17,421 nucleotides of DNA from Candidatus Thorarchaeota archaeon (GTDB lineage: Archaea; Asgardarchaeota; Thorarchaeia; Thorarchaeales; Thorarchaeaceae). The DNA is taken from contig JAOUFI010000048.1 of assembly GCA_029858305.1 (NCBI GenBank), positions 1 through 17,421 of the forward strand, read 5' to 3'. The notes beneath the pieces were generated by a model. That model saw only the letters and a list, made by a program, of their open reading frames with translations, had not been told where the DNA came from and searched no databases. The translations under genes were made by a program, and so were the position numbers. This document shows positions 14,979-17,421 of the stretch, in pieces (the stretch's first letter is position 1; each line of letters opens with the position of its first letter).

Positions 14979-17421
14979 ATGAATAGAATTAGAATTGGAT
15001 TAATCACAGTAGTGATGCTCACACTCTTTCTATGTCCTGTGCTTCTCGTTGGGGGCAACTTAGCGCCTACGAATTCTCGTGTACAGGGAAATGAAAGACT
15101 TGCTTCACTTGCTGATGATGAATATGGTCAGTCAAGGAGGAATGACCCTGTTTCGATACTTGTGTATACACAATTTGCTGATTTGAGTACCGGAGGGGAG
15201 TATGATCATATGATGAGCGCAATAGACGCTGAATATGGCACATCATATCATTACTCAAATTTAACTGACTATCACGGACTTGCTTCGGTTATCAATGAGT
15301 TTGATATTTTACTGATTCCTGAGCAAGAGAATGCATATGTATCGAACATGACAGCTGTTGGAAACGCCTGGTCAACAATCCTTAATGGATACATTACTGA
15401 TGGCGGTATTGTTATTACAATGGATTACTATGGACCTTTGAATGCGCCTGCTGATGCATTCGGTATAACAAGTCGAATTTTGAATGCCTCTGGGCTAGTA
15501 ACTGTCACTGGTTTCTACGATCGCTATTCCGATCCAATGGATGTTCATGAATACGACGATGCACTTGCTCTGGGTGTAGCTTCCACTTTCGTAACTCCAG
15601 ATGGAGCAATAGGCTATGTTACATCTGATGGTGTAGATGTTGTTGGCGACGCTCTTAGCTCTATGGTTGTTCATAAGGTAATTGGGAAAGGTCATTTAGT
15701 TTTGCTAGGATTTGACTTCTACTCCACAGAAATTAATTGTATCAAAATGCTTGGAAACAGTATTCGACTACACCATCATGTTGTAGTCGACGCCTCGCAT
15801 GGACAGGACTATCATGTGCCGGTCGAGCTTAGCGACTTTGCAATACTCTTAGCATCACAAGGCTTCGCAGTTTCAACAATGTCGACCTTTGATCCAGCTC
15901 TGCTTGCTGCATGCGATGTGTTGGTCATAACCTATTGTAGTATTCTGTATAACACGACAGAAGTCAATCAAATCGAGGACTTTGTCAATAATGGTGGCGG
16001 TCTTTTTGTTGCTCAAGAATGGTCATCATTTGGCAATGAAATGGACCCAGTTACTGAGAGGTTTGGGTATGTTCGAAATAAGACATCATACCTTACTGAT
16101 TCAGATGATTATAGTGTAAACCAATGGTGGGTCATACTCGATAGTGAGAATACCCACAATCATTCTGCAACAATCGTAGCAACAGAATTAGAGATTTACG
16201 CTGGAACTGCATTTATACAAGTTCCTGAGTCCGCGTACCCCTTGTACACCGCAGACAATGATGGTACAGCAACGTTTGCGGGAATCCCTGCAAATGATGC
16301 TGTCATTTCTGCAGCATCAACACATCAGAAAGGACGAGTCATTGTCGTTGGTGATGGTAGCTTCTTAGTAGGGACTGCAGACAGCGACAGTGATGGTACA
16401 GTTAACATAGAAGAAGCAAACAATGGTTACTTCGCCATGAATGCTGTTCGGTGGTTACTTGCTGCCGGGATTGAGGAAAAAATGGTGCTTTTCGATGAGT
16501 CCCATTCTCCATATGGTACAGTCGAAGGGGCTAATCTCGATTTTGCCTATTTCCTAACATTGAATGGCTATACAGTCCATTGGATGACAGCCTTCTATGA
16601 ACAGCTGGTATTGCAAGCCGACGTACTCTTCGTGATGAGCGGATCAAGTACATACAACTCAAATGAGATAGATCCGATAGTTGACTTTGTTGCCAACGGG
16701 AAAAGTCTCTTTATAATAGGTGACTGGGGAATGTATGGCAATGAATCAGCATCGATTGGATCTGAATTTGGCCTCGAGCTGAATACAACGCAATCATATC
16801 TTGATGATACAGATAACTGGCTAGTGTTTCCATCTCTTCTTGTTTATAACACAAGTCATTTTGCTAATCATCCAATTATGACAGGCGTGGATAGAATCGA
16901 GATTGACCGAGGCACTGGTTTTGCCTCTATTGGCGCAGGTACTCCACTAATACACACTGATACAGACGGTACTGCATTCTGGCGCAATCAAACTATATCA
17001 TACAAAGGCCCTGCGAATGGCGTTACTGTCTTCGCATCAACCACCTTTAACAAAGGTCGAGTAGTTTTCTTGACAGATGTCAACTTTGTTCAAGGAGGCG
17101 ATCCAGATTCAGATGGAGTAATACAACTCTATGATTCTGATAACGACAGACTCATTTCGAATGCCTTCTTCTGGTTGGTTGAGAATCGTGCTCCCACTGT
17201 TCATCTCACATTCCCCAATGGCGGTGAAACATTGAATGGAACCCAGGTTATTACTTGGACTGCTGTTGACTTTGATAACGATGTTCTGAGCTATGATGTC
17301 TTCTATAGTACAAACAATGGCACCGATTGGCTAACTCTGGCTCTAGATCTTTCAATTCCAGAGTACGCTTGGAATACGACTGCATTTAGTGATGGAAGCG
17401 GCTACATGATTCGCGTTATTG
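14979..17421 (+). CDS. Large secreted/surface protein with three tandem GIFT/DUF4350 (class I GATase-like fold) domains followed by an Ig/FN3-like domain; truncated by the window end
   Basis: Translated by hand from ATG 14979 (AGGAG SD): MNRIRIGLITVVMLTLFLCP... stays open for 814 codons to the edge. Repeated motifs VVDASH / VLFDESH, DVL, FV.NG..LF, KGRV...D..F, N...WL, then NRAPTVHLTFPNGGETL..ITW. Confidence 0.88.
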   Translation, partial: MNRIRIGLITVVMLTLFLCPVLLVGGNLAPTNSRVQGNERLASLADDEYGQSRRNDPVSILVYTQFADLSTGGEYDHMMSAIDAEYGTSYHYSNLTDYHGLASVINEFDILLIPEQENAYVSNMTAVGNAWSTILNGYITDGGIVITMDYYGPLNAPADAFGITSRILNASGLVTVTGFYDRYSDPMDVHEYDDALALGVASTFVTPDGAIGYVTSDGVDVVGDALSSMVVHKVIGKGHLVLLGFDFYSTEINCIKMLGNSIRLHHHVVVDASHGQDYHVPVELSDFAILLASQGFAVSTMSTFDPALLAACDVLVITYCSILYNTTEVNQIEDFVNNGGGLFVAQEWSSFGNEMDPVTERFGYVRNKTSYLTDSDDYSVNQWWVILDSENTHNHSATIVATELEIYAGTAFIQVPESAYPLYTADNDGTATFAGIPANDAVISAASTHQKGRVIVVGDGSFLVGTADSDSDGTVNIEEANNGYFAMNAVRWLLAAGIEEKMVLFDESHSPYGTVEGANLDFAYFLTLNGYTVHWMTAFYEQLVLQADVLFVMSGSSTYNSNEIDPIVDFVANGKSLFIIGDWGMYGNESASIGSEFGLELNTTQSYLDDTDNWLVFPSLLVYNTSHFANHPIMTGVDRIEIDRGTGFASIGAGTPLIHTDTDGTAFWRNQTISYKGPANGVTVFASTTFNKGRVVFLTDVNFVQGGDPDSDGVIQLYDSDNDRLISNAFFWLVENRAPTVHLTFPNGGETLNGTQVITWTAVDFDNDVLSYDVFYSTNNGTDWLTLALDLSIPEYAWNTTAFSDGSGYMIRVI

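Noticed and set aside
207-15695. Short alternative-frame and antisense ORFs in the track (e.g. 207..395, 566..850, 1513..1821, 2187..2564, 4935..5276, 9275..9589, 11354..11581, 15067..15258, 15495..15695)
   Set aside because: They overlap well-supported genes and show no recognisable motifs, so they are treated as shadow ORFs.

Overview
Gene-dense archaeal chromosomal DNA, most likely from an Asgard archaeon (Thorarchaeia-like). This assignment is inferred from the 24-aa 'IDLxPL' LRR protein, the DTTPP-type Ig-like surface proteins and GGAGG/GGTGA ribosome-binding sites. The core (about 1.5-14.0 kb) is a thiol-redox / sulfur-handling neighbourhood. It holds two thioredoxin-reductase-family flavoproteins (one lacking the usual NADPH-binding motifs), two CxxS redoxins, two rubredoxin-less ferritin-like proteins, a two-CxxC protein disulfide oxidoreductase, iorAB, a dsrEFH/tusDCB-like operon, YciI, an ICMT-family methyltransferase, an LRR protein and a DUF22 protein with a CxxC. 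Three predicted surface proteins flank or interrupt it. One of these, a >814-aa triple GIFT/DUF4350-domain protein, runs off the right edge and is missing from the ORF track. A ~950-bp gap holds a 48-aa basic microprotein with a perfect Shine-Dalgarno sequence and flanking hairpins. I found no rRNA, tRNA, CRISPR array, transposase or in-frame Sec/Pyl codon. All family calls are by motif recognition, with no database searches.
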